IMG/VR virus record: IMGVR_UViG_3300045421_000501
Location: 50,183-114,182 of that record
Source: a virus
Strand: one strand, 5' to 3'
DNA: 64,000 nt
In this document: piece after piece, positions 46,437-55,121 of the stretch
How positions within the stretch are numbered: position 1 is the stretch's first letter
Layout of the letters: the number at the start of each line of letters is the position of its first letter
The notes under the pieces: generated by a model
The model's input: only the letters and a program-made list of their open reading frames with translations
Told to the model about the DNA's origin: nothing
The model's database searches: none
Translations under genes and position numbers: made by a program

Positions 46437-48608
46437 ATGTCTAGAGCCAGAGAACTGGCAAAATTTGGTGCTCGTCAACAAATAATATCAGGAATTAGTT
46501 CCTTTGTTGGAGTTTCAACTTTTGCTTCAGATGCCTATTTTTACAACAATATTGATGTCTTAGGAAACTTAAATGTTACAGGAGACACAACATATGATAA
46601 AACCACATCTACAAATTCAACAATTACTGGAGTTTCAACTACAAAAGATTTAGTTGTAACTCAAAACGCAATTATTACTGGTATTATAACCGCAGGAAAT
46701 GATAAAGTAGTTATTGGAGCGGGAGTAACAAATTTATTAGTTCGTGGAAACGCTAGAGTTACCGGCATTCTAACTATTGGTTACGCTAGTGCTACACTAT
46801 CAGACGCGGGAATGATTATTGGAGGATCAAATGTTCATTCCCTTGGCGTCGAAACACTTCAAGTCAATGCATCTGGGTTAAATGCAACTGGTATAGTTAC
46901 TGCAAGCGCATTCGTTGGAAGAATTACTGGTAATATCAATGCAACTGGTGTTTCGACTGCAGCTCAATTACAAGCAACCACAGTAAACGTAAGTGCTGCT
47001 GCTACTGTTCCAACTCTAAGTGGTACTACAGCCACCTTTACAAATATTGTAGCAAATGGAAGAATTACTGGTAATATCAATGCAACTGGTGTTTCGACTG
47101 CAGCTCAATTACAAGCAACCACAGTAAACGTAAGTGCTGCTGCTACTGTTCCAACTCTAAGTGGTACTACAGCCACCTTTACAAATATTGTAGCAAATGG
47201 TGGATTTGCTGGTAATATCAATGCAACTGGTGTTTCGACTGCAGCTCAATTACAAGCAACCACAGTAAACGTAAGTGCTGCTGCTACTGTTCCAACTCTA
47301 AGTGGTACTACAGCCACCTTTACAAATATTGTAGCAAATGGTGGATTTGCTGGTAATATCAATGCAACTGGTGTTTCGACTGCAGCTCAATTACAAGCAA
47401 CCACAGTAAACGTAAGTGCTGCTGCTACTGTTCCAACTCTAAGTGGTACTACAGCCACCTTTACAAATATTGTAGCAAATGGTGGATTTGCTGGTAATAT
47501 CAATGCAACTGGTGTTTCGACTGCAGCTCAATTACAAGCAACCACAGTAAACGTAAGTGCTGCTGCTACAATTGGTGGTGATCTAACCGTTACCGGAAAC
47601 TTTACTGTAAATGGAACAACAACAAATGTTAATACAACAAATTTAGTTATTGAAGATAAAAATATTGTACTTGCGGATGTAACAACTCCTACTGATACTA
47701 CTGCAGATGGTGGTGGTATTACTATTAAAGGTACTACAGATAAAACATTTAATTATGTAAACAGTAATACATCTCTTACTTCCTCAGAGAATATTAATAT
47801 TGTTTCTGGAAAAACTTATAAAATTAATGGAACTGATGTTTTAACATCATCTCAAGTTCTTGGTAAAGCAGTTCCTTCAGGCGTAATTGTTGGTACTACA
47901 GATACTCAAACACTTACCAATAAGACACTTACTTCACCAACACTAACTACTCCAGCATTAGGAACACCTTCTTCAGGTACTCTTACTAGTTGTACTGGAT
48001 TACCTATTTCTACTGGTGTATCTGGTCTTGCTACTGGAGCTGCTACTTTCTTAGCAACACCTTCATCGGCAAACTTAGCAACATTAGTAACTGATGAAAC
48101 AGGATCTGGAGCACTTGTATTTGCTACGAGTCCAACTTTAGTAACTCCAGCATTAGGAACACCTTCTTCAGGTACTCTTACTAATTGTACTGGATTGCCC
48201 ATTAGTGGTTTGACTCCATCCACAACTACTTCTCTTGGTGTAGGTTCAATTGAACTTGGAAATGCAACTGATACTTCAATCACCAGAAGTGCTGCTGGTA
48301 CAGTTCAAATTGAAGGTGTTACTATTGCTACTGCAACCAATACTCTTACACTCACTAACAAAACAATTGGTGCTGCTACAATTTCTGGAGATCAAATTCC
48401 TAATGCGAACAATAGTATAAACCTTGGTTCATCCGCTAACCGTTGGGCAAACGTTTACTCAAACGACTTAGACTTGTCCAATGAAGGAAATGCAAATGGA
48501 ATTGATGGAACTTGGGGATCATACCTCATTCAAGAAGGTGAAGAAAACCTATATATTATTAATAGAAGAAGCGGCAAAAAGTTCCGCTTTGTTCTTGAAG
48601 AAATTTGA
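46437..48608 (+). CDS. Tail fibre protein with 47-aa tandem repeats
   Basis: MSRARELA N-terminus; Thr/Ala-rich repeats; same C-terminal domain as 45005. Confidence 0.75.
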   Translation: MSRARELAKFGARQQIISGISSFVGVSTFASDAYFYNNIDVLGNLNVTGDTTYDKTTSTNSTITGVSTTKDLVVTQNAIITGIITAGNDKVVIGAGVTNLLVRGNARVTGILTIGYASATLSDAGMIIGGSNVHSLGVETLQVNASGLNATGIVTASAFVGRITGNINATGVSTAAQLQATTVNVSAAATVPTLSGTTATFTNIVANGRITGNINATGVSTAAQLQATTVNVSAAATVPTLSGTTATFTNIVANGGFAGNINATGVSTAAQLQATTVNVSAAATVPTLSGTTATFTNIVANGGFAGNINATGVSTAAQLQATTVNVSAAATVPTLSGTTATFTNIVANGGFAGNINATGVSTAAQLQATTVNVSAAATIGGDLTVTGNFTVNGTTTNVNTTNLVIEDKNIVLADVTTPTDTTADGGGITIKGTTDKTFNYVNSNTSLTSSENINIVSGKTYKINGTDVLTSSQVLGKAVPSGVIVGTTDTQTLTNKTLTSPTLTTPALGTPSSGTLTSCTGLPISTGVSGLATGAATFLATPSSANLATLVTDETGSGALVFATSPTLVTPALGTPSSGTLTNCTGLPISGLTPSTTTSLGVGSIELGNATDTSITRSAAGTVQIEGVTIATATNTLTLTNKTIGAATISGDQIPNANNSINLGSSANRWANVYSNDLDLSNEGNANGIDGTWGSYLIQEGEENLYIINRRSGKKFRFVLEEI
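46917..47569 (+). repeat. 141-bp near-perfect tandem repeat, about 4.6 copies
   Basis: TGGTAATATC at 46928, 47069, 47210, 47351 and 47492. Confidence 0.95.
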
Positions 48609-48617
48609 TTTGCAACT

Positions 48618-48625
48618 TATAAATA
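48618..48625 (+). promoter_or_regulatory. Late promoter
   Basis: TATAAATA followed by AGGAG SD. Confidence 0.7.
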
Positions 48626-48645
48626 TACAAGGAGATTAACACAAA

Positions 48646-49287
48646 ATGCCTTTATATGGAGACGGCGTAAACGTCACTAAAACTACATCCGCTACGGCTG
48701 CAACCTATGGTTCGGCAAATGCAATTCCGATTATTACTGTTGATGCGAATCAACGAATCAGTGCAATCAATACAACCGCACTTACACTTACTGCGGCAAT
48801 TAATGCAAATGCTTCTGCTGGTGATATTGGAACCTATGCGTTTCTACAACAAAATAATAGTACCACATCATATGCTCCAGGATCTACCTTAGCCGGGTCT
48901 TCATTATTTTATTCAGATTCTACTGGAAGACTTTATACGTCTTCACAACCTGCAGGCAATTGGAAGTGTATGGGATATGATTCTGGTGCTGCTTTAGTGA
49001 ATACTGGAACAGGAACTGGATCCGGATCCGGATCAGGTACAATTTCTGGCAATACAGGAACCGTCAATGTTTCTGGTACAATTTCTGGTACTGCGAGTGG
49101 TGGTAACCTATCTACTAATAGTGGTTTTCAACCACAGATTAAAGCAGCGAGTGTTAGCGGAACCTTCTCTGGATCTGGTTCGTCATCATCAGTAACCGGA
49201 ACAGCGTCAGTAAACGTTACCGTAAACTCAGTTACGGTCAATACCACAGTTGCATATTCTGCAACTTTGTGGATGCGTTATTCTTAA
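48646..49287 (+). CDS. Putative tail fibre tip/adhesin, Gly/Ser/Thr-rich
   Basis: IGTYAFL...PGST.AGS.L...GNWKCMG...LWMR fibre-tip pattern with a long G/S/T insert. Confidence 0.6.
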   Translation: MPLYGDGVNVTKTTSATAATYGSANAIPIITVDANQRISAINTTALTLTAAINANASAGDIGTYAFLQQNNSTTSYAPGSTLAGSSLFYSDSTGRLYTSSQPAGNWKCMGYDSGAALVNTGTGTGSGSGSGTISGNTGTVNVSGTISGTASGGNLSTNSGFQPQIKAASVSGTFSGSGSSSSVTGTASVNVTVNSVTVNTTVAYSATLWMRYS

Positions 49288-49301
49288 TGTAGGAGAAAAA
49301 A

Positions 49302-49706
49302 ATGACAGTAAAATACGAAATTATAGCAGCAAGAAATCCAAAATGGGCACATCCGGATCATAATCGAATTGATCTGGAAGTTGATTTTGCAGATTTGCCG
49401 GAACATTGGTTACCATACACATGTTGCCCAGACGATGTTGTTGAGCATTCGAGAGAACTCTATACTCGTGCAATTAATAATGAATTTGGAGAAATTCAAG
49501 AATTTGAACAAAAGGATCTTTGGTATCCTTTAGATCAAACCTTTGTGCAAGTAAGTAATGAATCTTTAGTACAGATTCTTCTTGAAAAAGGAATTCTTAC
49601 TGACGAAGAAGTTGATCAAATTTTGGTTGAAGATACGAGAACCGTCGCATTCGCAATTACGACGAGTCAACCAGGACACCGTGTATTTAATGGCGGAATG
49701 TTCTAA
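49302..49706 (+). CDS. Tail fibre assembly chaperone-like protein
   Basis: RNP.W...IDLEV.F...PYT...D...H.RELY.RA...EFG.I. Confidence 0.6.
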   Translation: MTVKYEIIAARNPKWAHPDHNRIDLEVDFADLPEHWLPYTCCPDDVVEHSRELYTRAINNEFGEIQEFEQKDLWYPLDQTFVQVSNESLVQILLEKGILTDEEVDQILVEDTRTVAFAITTSQPGHRVFNGGMF

Positions 49707-49709
49707 TCG

Positions 49710-50609
49710 ATGATTTCAGAAAAGTGGCAACACTCAATGAATCGCTATCTGGGAATTCCCCTAGATAGCGATTTTTTTGATTTTTATATTCAACCAGGAA
49801 TTTGTAAAGAAATTATAGGAAAATTTGATAAATTTTATTCAAATTCAATTTGCATTGGATCGAATAAAATTTATTGCTGGTCAGAATTTCACGCTAAAAA
49901 AATAAATTCAATATATGCAACTTGTCCATTTTTATTTGATCTTGCAAGAGTCGCAATCAAGAAAAAATTTAATTCAAGAGGATCATTATTTTTTCTACCC
50001 AGAGAAGATCGTGTAGTCAAACGTAATAATGATATGAAATGGAAAGATATACTGAAATCTGCACCACAACCAATTACAATTCTTTCTGCATATCGAAAAC
50101 AAGATTTTTGGAATTCAAATCTTGAGATTGCAGTCGAAAGTTTAACCGAAGTAAAAACTAGACAATTTCGTCTATCAGAATTATTATTATCTCATGAATA
50201 CATCTATGTACCTTTACCAAGTTCGGATACATTTTATGCAAATTTTTTGAACAAAAAAGTAATTCATTATGACAATATTGAAAATTATTCGTCTAAAAAA
50301 CAATCAGAAATTATTTCTCCGAGCATTTATCTTCGATATTTAAATTGGTCATATGAGAAAACAAATGAAATTCAAAAAAAATTCTTTGAATTTAATTTGA
50401 GTCAATCTGATTTTGATTTTTTAACAAAAAAAATGCTAGGTCTTGAGGTATTAGAATCCCCAGAAGACTTAGCAGAAAAACTTTTATTGAGAGAATATTC
50501 TTTTGATTCTTTATCCAGTGAATGCTATCAATGGATAAAACAAAAATCTAAAAAACTTGTAAATTCTAAATCTAGTAGTGAGTTCACTAATCTATACAAA
50601 CAATTTTAG
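49710..50609 (+). CDS. Hypothetical protein, possibly GT-B fold glycosyltransferase
   Basis: ELLLSHEYIYVP..SSDTFYANFLNKKVIHY resembles the GT-B C-terminal SS..EA...GKPV motif. Confidence 0.45.
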   Translation: MISEKWQHSMNRYLGIPLDSDFFDFYIQPGICKEIIGKFDKFYSNSICIGSNKIYCWSEFHAKKINSIYATCPFLFDLARVAIKKKFNSRGSLFFLPREDRVVKRNNDMKWKDILKSAPQPITILSAYRKQDFWNSNLEIAVESLTEVKTRQFRLSELLLSHEYIYVPLPSSDTFYANFLNKKVIHYDNIENYSSKKQSEIISPSIYLRYLNWSYEKTNEIQKKFFEFNLSQSDFDFLTKKMLGLEVLESPEDLAEKLLLREYSFDSLSSECYQWIKQKSKKLVNSKSSSEFTNLYKQF

Positions 50610-50953
50610 AATTGTCGAAAAAAATCAGAATCATTCCATCCTTTATCATCCACATAATGCATTGCTCTGGGTTTTCCAAAAAATAATTGATGATATTGAA
50701 CTCCCCATTTTTTCAATTGATTTTCCGTCAATAAACGCATTCTAATGTCTGCCAAAAATTGATTATTTTGAGAATCAATCATTCCACGAGCAGTCATTAA
50801 ATAAATTGTTGCTCCATTATTAAAAAGTTGATTGATGATATTGATTCTTGAATAAATTGGTTCCGCATTTTCGCAATCACCTTTCATTTCATTACAAATT
50901 GTACCGTCAATATCAAAACAGTACACTTTTGAATTTTCTGGTATATCCATCAT
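50606..50953 (-). CDS. HAD-family phosphatase (capsule biosynthesis type)
   Basis: FDIDGTIC, TARG, GKP....YVDDK. Confidence 0.8.
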   Translation of the reverse strand: MMDIPENSKVYCFDIDGTICNEMKGDCENAEPIYSRINIINQLFNNGATIYLMTARGMIDSQNNQFLADIRMRLLTENQLKKWGVQYHQLFFGKPRAMHYVDDKGWNDSDFFRQF

Positions 50954-51009
50954 ATATTTGTAAGAGCAGTTTCATTATACAACAGAATTTCTCAAATGTC
51001 CAGAAAATA

Positions 51010-51489
51010 TTAGATTGTGTTTAATTCTGCTCCACATTCTCGGAAGAACATATAAAACTGCCACAGGACTTCTACTTCAAATTCGTGAAATGTAAGTTCA
51101 TCTGTTGTAAAATCAATGCGGTGACATTGATTTTTTTGAATTAATAAAGTTGGAACAGTCGAATGTCGTTTCGGGGCAATTAAAAATCGATTTATATTTT
51201 CAATATTTTCTAAAGCATTTGAAATTGGAGAATTAATTCTCGTTGTAATTCCAATAATTAGATCCGCATTCAATGCTGCATAATCTACCCATTTTTGATG
51301 CCAATTTTCATCACCACCCAAAGCGGTAAGATGAATCGCAGTTGGAGCAAAACAAAACTTCTGGAGATATCGAGACATATCACTTGCAGCATGTTCCGCA
51401 ACTGCCATATTGCCACCATTACCAATAATGGCAATGCTTTTTGCATTTTTTATAAATGAAACAAATTTTTGATAGTTTATATTAAGCAT
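51010..51489 (-). CDS. SIS-domain sugar-phosphate isomerase (GmhA-like)
   Basis: IIGNGGN.AVA.H.A.D. Confidence 0.7.
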   Translation of the reverse strand: MLNINYQKFVSFIKNAKSIAIIGNGGNMAVAEHAASDMSRYLQKFCFAPTAIHLTALGGDENWHQKWVDYAALNADLIIGITTRINSPISNALENIENINRFLIAPKRHSTVPTLLIQKNQCHRIDFTTDELTFHEFEVEVLWQFYMFFRECGAELNTI

Positions 51490-52175
51490 TTCTCTACCTC
51501 AATAATATCTTCTGGACGATCAACTGCTAACGTTCTATATTCTAACATAAATGGCGTAATTTTGACAGCTCCAATAAAACCAAAAGTATCTAAACCATTC
51601 CATTCATTGACTAATGTTAGATCATATTTTTCCCAGTTCTGAATAATTTTTGTTTTATAAACATATAACCCAGAAATTCCATATAAATTTTTACTTCTCA
51701 TTTCTGGATTTCTTGTCAAATGAGTAACCTGTTGATTATTTACAATACATTTTACACAATCATGATCTAAAATATCTTTTTCATTGACAGGATATATTGC
51801 CTGCGAAAAATCATGATTATTTTTTAGAGTGAATTCTATCATATTATCAAGTACATTTGAATCAATTAATGGTTCATCTCCTTGAAGATTGACAATGTAA
51901 TTACTTTCCACAGTCTGAGATACTTCTGCCACGCGATGAGTGCAGGTATTATGTTTAGTTGTGATTTGGGATTCATATCCATTAATTTCACACAATGTCT
52001 TTATAATTAGATCTTCTGTAGCAATAATGATACGATCAATATATTTACATCGAGAAGCAATGTCTGCAACTCGAAGAATCATTTCTCTTCCTAAAATTTT
52101 TGCGAGTGGTTTTGAAGGAAACCGACTAGAATTTAATCTTGCAGGAATAATACAGGTTATTTTTTCCATTTCCAA
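51477..52175 (-). CDS. KdsB-like (CMP-Kdo synthetase-type) cytidylyltransferase
   Basis: IIPAR..SSRFP.KPLA.I.G..MI, VNLQGDEPLI, VD.PED. Confidence 0.85.
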   Translation of the reverse strand: MEMEKITCIIPARLNSSRFPSKPLAKILGREMILRVADIASRCKYIDRIIIATEDLIIKTLCEINGYESQITTKHNTCTHRVAEVSQTVESNYIVNLQGDEPLIDSNVLDNMIEFTLKNNHDFSQAIYPVNEKDILDHDCVKCIVNNQQVTHLTRNPEMRSKNLYGISGLYVYKTKIIQNWEKYDLTLVNEWNGLDTFGFIGAVKITPFMLEYRTLAVDRPEDIIEVEKCLI

Positions 52176-52855
52176 TAATCAAAATCGTTTTTAAAAAATT
52201 TATGAATTAAATTTAATTGTTTGTCGGAAAATATTTTCGATACTTTTTCTGCAGTATATGTTCCAGTTTTTTTTGTATGTGGAATATTTTTTGAAATATT
52301 ATATATCTCACACAGATTTTCTAAATCCTCTTGAAGATTTGAAAATCTAATTGTATATAAATTTGAATGTTCTAATGCTTTATCGTAAAATTCATATTGT
52401 CTATAGATTTCTAAATGAAATTTATTTAAAATAATATCACTAAAACCATATTTCAATGGTTGCATAAATCGGGAATCAAATTTTGATCTTAGATATTCTT
52501 CGGATGTTTTTTCAATTGAATTTCCTTTATTATATTCTTCGATTCCTTTTCCAGACCATGCACATTCGGATGCACAAATTTCATATGGATGACGAATTGC
52601 AATAACTGGTCTTAGTTCCGAAACATCAAGATTTTGAGTCAATTCCTTGTAGTTTGTATGTTCTTTAAAATTTTCGGAGTATGATTTTTGATATTTTCCT
52701 TGGCGATATTGATTATCTATGTTTTCACTTTTGCGAAATTTAGTGAAAATGTCATTTTTTTCTTGACATAATTGTCCAAGAACACATTCAATTGTTGTTC
52801 CCGCAGTCTTTGCCGGTTTGAGAAAATAAAAACCATGAGAAAATGAAACTAACAT
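52157..52855 (-). CDS. Sulfotransferase family 2-like protein
   Basis: P.KTAGTTI (5'-PSB-like), RHPY...S (3'-PB-like), RFSNL.ED, F.NDF. Confidence 0.7.
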   Translation of the reverse strand: MLVSFSHGFYFLKPAKTAGTTIECVLGQLCQEKNDIFTKFRKSENIDNQYRQGKYQKSYSENFKEHTNYKELTQNLDVSELRPVIAIRHPYEICASECAWSGKGIEEYNKGNSIEKTSEEYLRSKFDSRFMQPLKYGFSDIILNKFHLEIYRQYEFYDKALEHSNLYTIRFSNLQEDLENLCEIYNISKNIPHTKKTGTYTAEKVSKIFSDKQLNLIHKFFKNDFDYWKWKK

Positions 52856-53838
52856 AATTTGTCTGCAATATACTCTACTTCGTTATCAGTTAATTCTGGG
52901 TAAATTGGAATACTTAAGACTTTTTGAGATAATTTTGTTGCAATTGGTTCATTACTTAAAACATAGGAATAATTAATTCTTGTATCAATTCCAAAATTTT
53001 TCAAAGTTTCTCTAATTTTTTCTCTTTCATCGGTTTTAATTACAAATTTTTGAAATGCATGTTTTTGGTGATTTTTGATAACTGTCTCATATTTTATATT
53101 TTCTTTCCAGAATTTTGCAATTTTGTTTCGTCTTTCTTGCCATTCATTCAAATAAGATGATTTTATTAATAAAAGAGCACAATCCAACTCACTCATTTTT
53201 GAATTTGTTGCAAATTGTGTATATTCTGGATGATGATGATGTCTAAACTTTTTGGAAAATTCTATAACTTCGGAAAGACAAGATACGATTGCTCCGCCAT
53301 TTCCGTAGCAGGGTAAATTTTTCATCGGATCAAAACTAATTGTTGTAATTTGTCCAATTCGTTTATAATCATTTCCACACCAATGTTGAGCACCATCTTC
53401 AAGAATAATTGCCTCAGTTTCAAAAGATTCTAATGGTGCTCCATATAATCCAACAATACAAATTAGATCATTTTTTTTCGCATTTATATTCTGATAATTT
53501 ATGATTCCAAAATCATCCACATCTACATAAACAATTTTACATTTAGATCTTTGAAATGCATTCTTAGTTGCAATAAAAGTAAAAGCTGGAAGAAATACTG
53601 TTCCGTCATGAGTTTGTTTATACCATTCTGCAACGATTTCTAGTGCTTGAGTTCCACTGTGACAAGTAATTGCAGTTTGTTGATTTTTGAAACTCAACCA
53701 AGATTCAAATTTCTCGGTATATTTTCCTAACATTAATTTTCCAGTAGAAAATATTTCATCCGTTTTATCAAGTGTTTCTTGTCTTAGATTTTTATATTGC
53801 CTGTCTAAACCAGTAAATGCTATTTGATAACCATTCAT
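52849..53838 (-). CDS. DegT/DnrJ/EryC1/StrS PLP sugar aminotransferase
   Basis: SGT.AL, TFIAT, EDGAQ, SFDPMKNL...GNGG, S.PIYPEL. Confidence 0.9.
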   Translation of the reverse strand: MNGYQIAFTGLDRQYKNLRQETLDKTDEIFSTGKLMLGKYTEKFESWLSFKNQQTAITCHSGTQALEIVAEWYKQTHDGTVFLPAFTFIATKNAFQRSKCKIVYVDVDDFGIINYQNINAKKNDLICIVGLYGAPLESFETEAIILEDGAQHWCGNDYKRIGQITTISFDPMKNLPCYGNGGAIVSCLSEVIEFSKKFRHHHHPEYTQFATNSKMSELDCALLLIKSSYLNEWQERRNKIAKFWKENIKYETVIKNHQKHAFQKFVIKTDEREKIRETLKNFGIDTRINYSYVLSNEPIATKLSQKVLSIPIYPELTDNEVEYIADKLC

Positions 53839-54745
53839 AATAATATTTTAAACCTTCTTCTAAATTTGTTTGTGGAGAATATCCAAAGTCATTTGCTGCA
53901 TTATCAATACAAAGAGTATCTCTACTTGGAAATTTATCATCTTTATCTTTGAGAATAATTTCACCTTTACCGACAATTTGTTGAATTATTTTTGCTGCGT
54001 CAAGTAAAGTTTTACCTTTGCCTCTAGTGATATTATAAATGTTTTGATTAAAATTTGCAAGAGATGCTAATACAATTCCTTCTGCAGTATCTTCTACATA
54101 TGTAAAATCTAATTTTTCATTACTACCTTTTACAATCATTGGATTGCCATTTATTGCATTTAGCATAAATTTAGCAATGACTCGATCTTTGACATCACGA
54201 GGACCATATACAGCTGACGGACGAATAATTGTATAAGGCATTTTATATCTATAATGATAGTCTTCGACAATTTTTTCTCCAGCATATTTCATAATTGCAT
54301 ATAATCCTTTTGGATTGCAAATTTGATTTTCTGATGCAGGACCTTTGAAGTCACCATATACCATAGAAGAAGAAATATAAACAAATTTTTTATCTTTACA
54401 TAGTTCCAAAATATTCACCAATCCTTGCATCATTGTTTTAGATCCTTCTTGTGGATTTAGATCCACAGATTTTTGTCTAGGATATGAAGCTAAATGTATA
54501 ACAATATCTGGATTGAATGAATTGAATACACTATAAAGGGCAATAAATTCACAGACATCAAAATTTAATATTTCAGAACGAATATATTTTTTTCTTTCAT
54601 CTAAAAGATAACTTATTTCTTTTTCTGGAATAGATCCATATGTCTTATGATTATCAATCACAAGAACCTCATGATTTTTATTTTCTAATTTATGAACAAC
54701 TTGATGTCCAATAAATCCACATCCACCAGTAACAAGTATTCTCAT
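53792..54745 (-). CDS. NAD-dependent nucleotide-sugar epimerase/dehydratase
   Basis: TGGCGFIG, SSSMVYG, YAIMK, VYGP, DFTYVED. Confidence 0.9.
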   Translation of the reverse strand: MRILVTGGCGFIGHQVVHKLENKNHEVLVIDNHKTYGSIPEKEISYLLDERKKYIRSEILNFDVCEFIALYSVFNSFNPDIVIHLASYPRQKSVDLNPQEGSKTMMQGLVNILELCKDKKFVYISSSMVYGDFKGPASENQICNPKGLYAIMKYAGEKIVEDYHYRYKMPYTIIRPSAVYGPRDVKDRVIAKFMLNAINGNPMIVKGSNEKLDFTYVEDTAEGIVLASLANFNQNIYNITRGKGKTLLDAAKIIQQIVGKGEIILKDKDDKFPSRDTLCIDNAANDFGYSPQTNLEEGLKYYYEWLSNSIYWFRQAI

Positions 54746-54749
54746 AAGC

Positions 54750-54837
54750 TTGACAAATAATTAAAATGTATATAAAATAACTCTGTCAGGGTTAAAACCC
54801 AATATGGATTGACAAAGCTATGTTTATGTGTTATTAT
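54750..54837 (+). promoter_or_regulatory. Two tandem sigma70-type promoters
   Basis: TTGACA-17-TAAAAT (54750-54778) and TTGACA-17-TATTAT (54809-54837). Confidence 0.65.
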
Positions 54838-54863
54838 AGCACAGAATTTGTAATTTTGCATTA

Positions 54864-55052
54864 ATGAACAAAACATTCAAAAAGAACATAAAGTTACTTA
54901 TGTCCTCTTATTGTGATGCTGCAATTCGACAATCAAAGAAAAATGAAAAGAATGCAATTGCATTGTATCAAGAAGTTTTTGTAGACAAATTAGATCCAAC
55001 AGCAGATATGAATTATGAATGGATATTTTCTCTATGTCAGATGGACACTTGA
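54864..55052 (+). CDS. Hypothetical protein
   Basis: ORF after the promoters. Confidence 0.6.
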   Translation: MNKTFKKNIKLLMSSYCDAAIRQSKKNEKNAIALYQEVFVDKLDPTADMNYEWIFSLCQMDT

Positions 55053-55067
55053 AGAACTGTCTACTTG

Positions 55068-55091
55068 CCACCCCAAAAGGGTGGTTTTTTT
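55068..55091 (+). terminator. Rho-independent terminator
   Basis: CCACCC-caaaa-GGGTGG followed by a T run. Confidence 0.7.
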
Positions 55092-55121
55092 GTTACTATA
55101 CCTTCAGTTGAAAAAAAGTTT

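Noticed and set aside
46917-47569. CRISPR array or diversity-generating retroelement
   Set aside because: Repeats are contiguous, in-frame and spacer-less; no cas or reverse transcriptase gene; no adenine-specific variation
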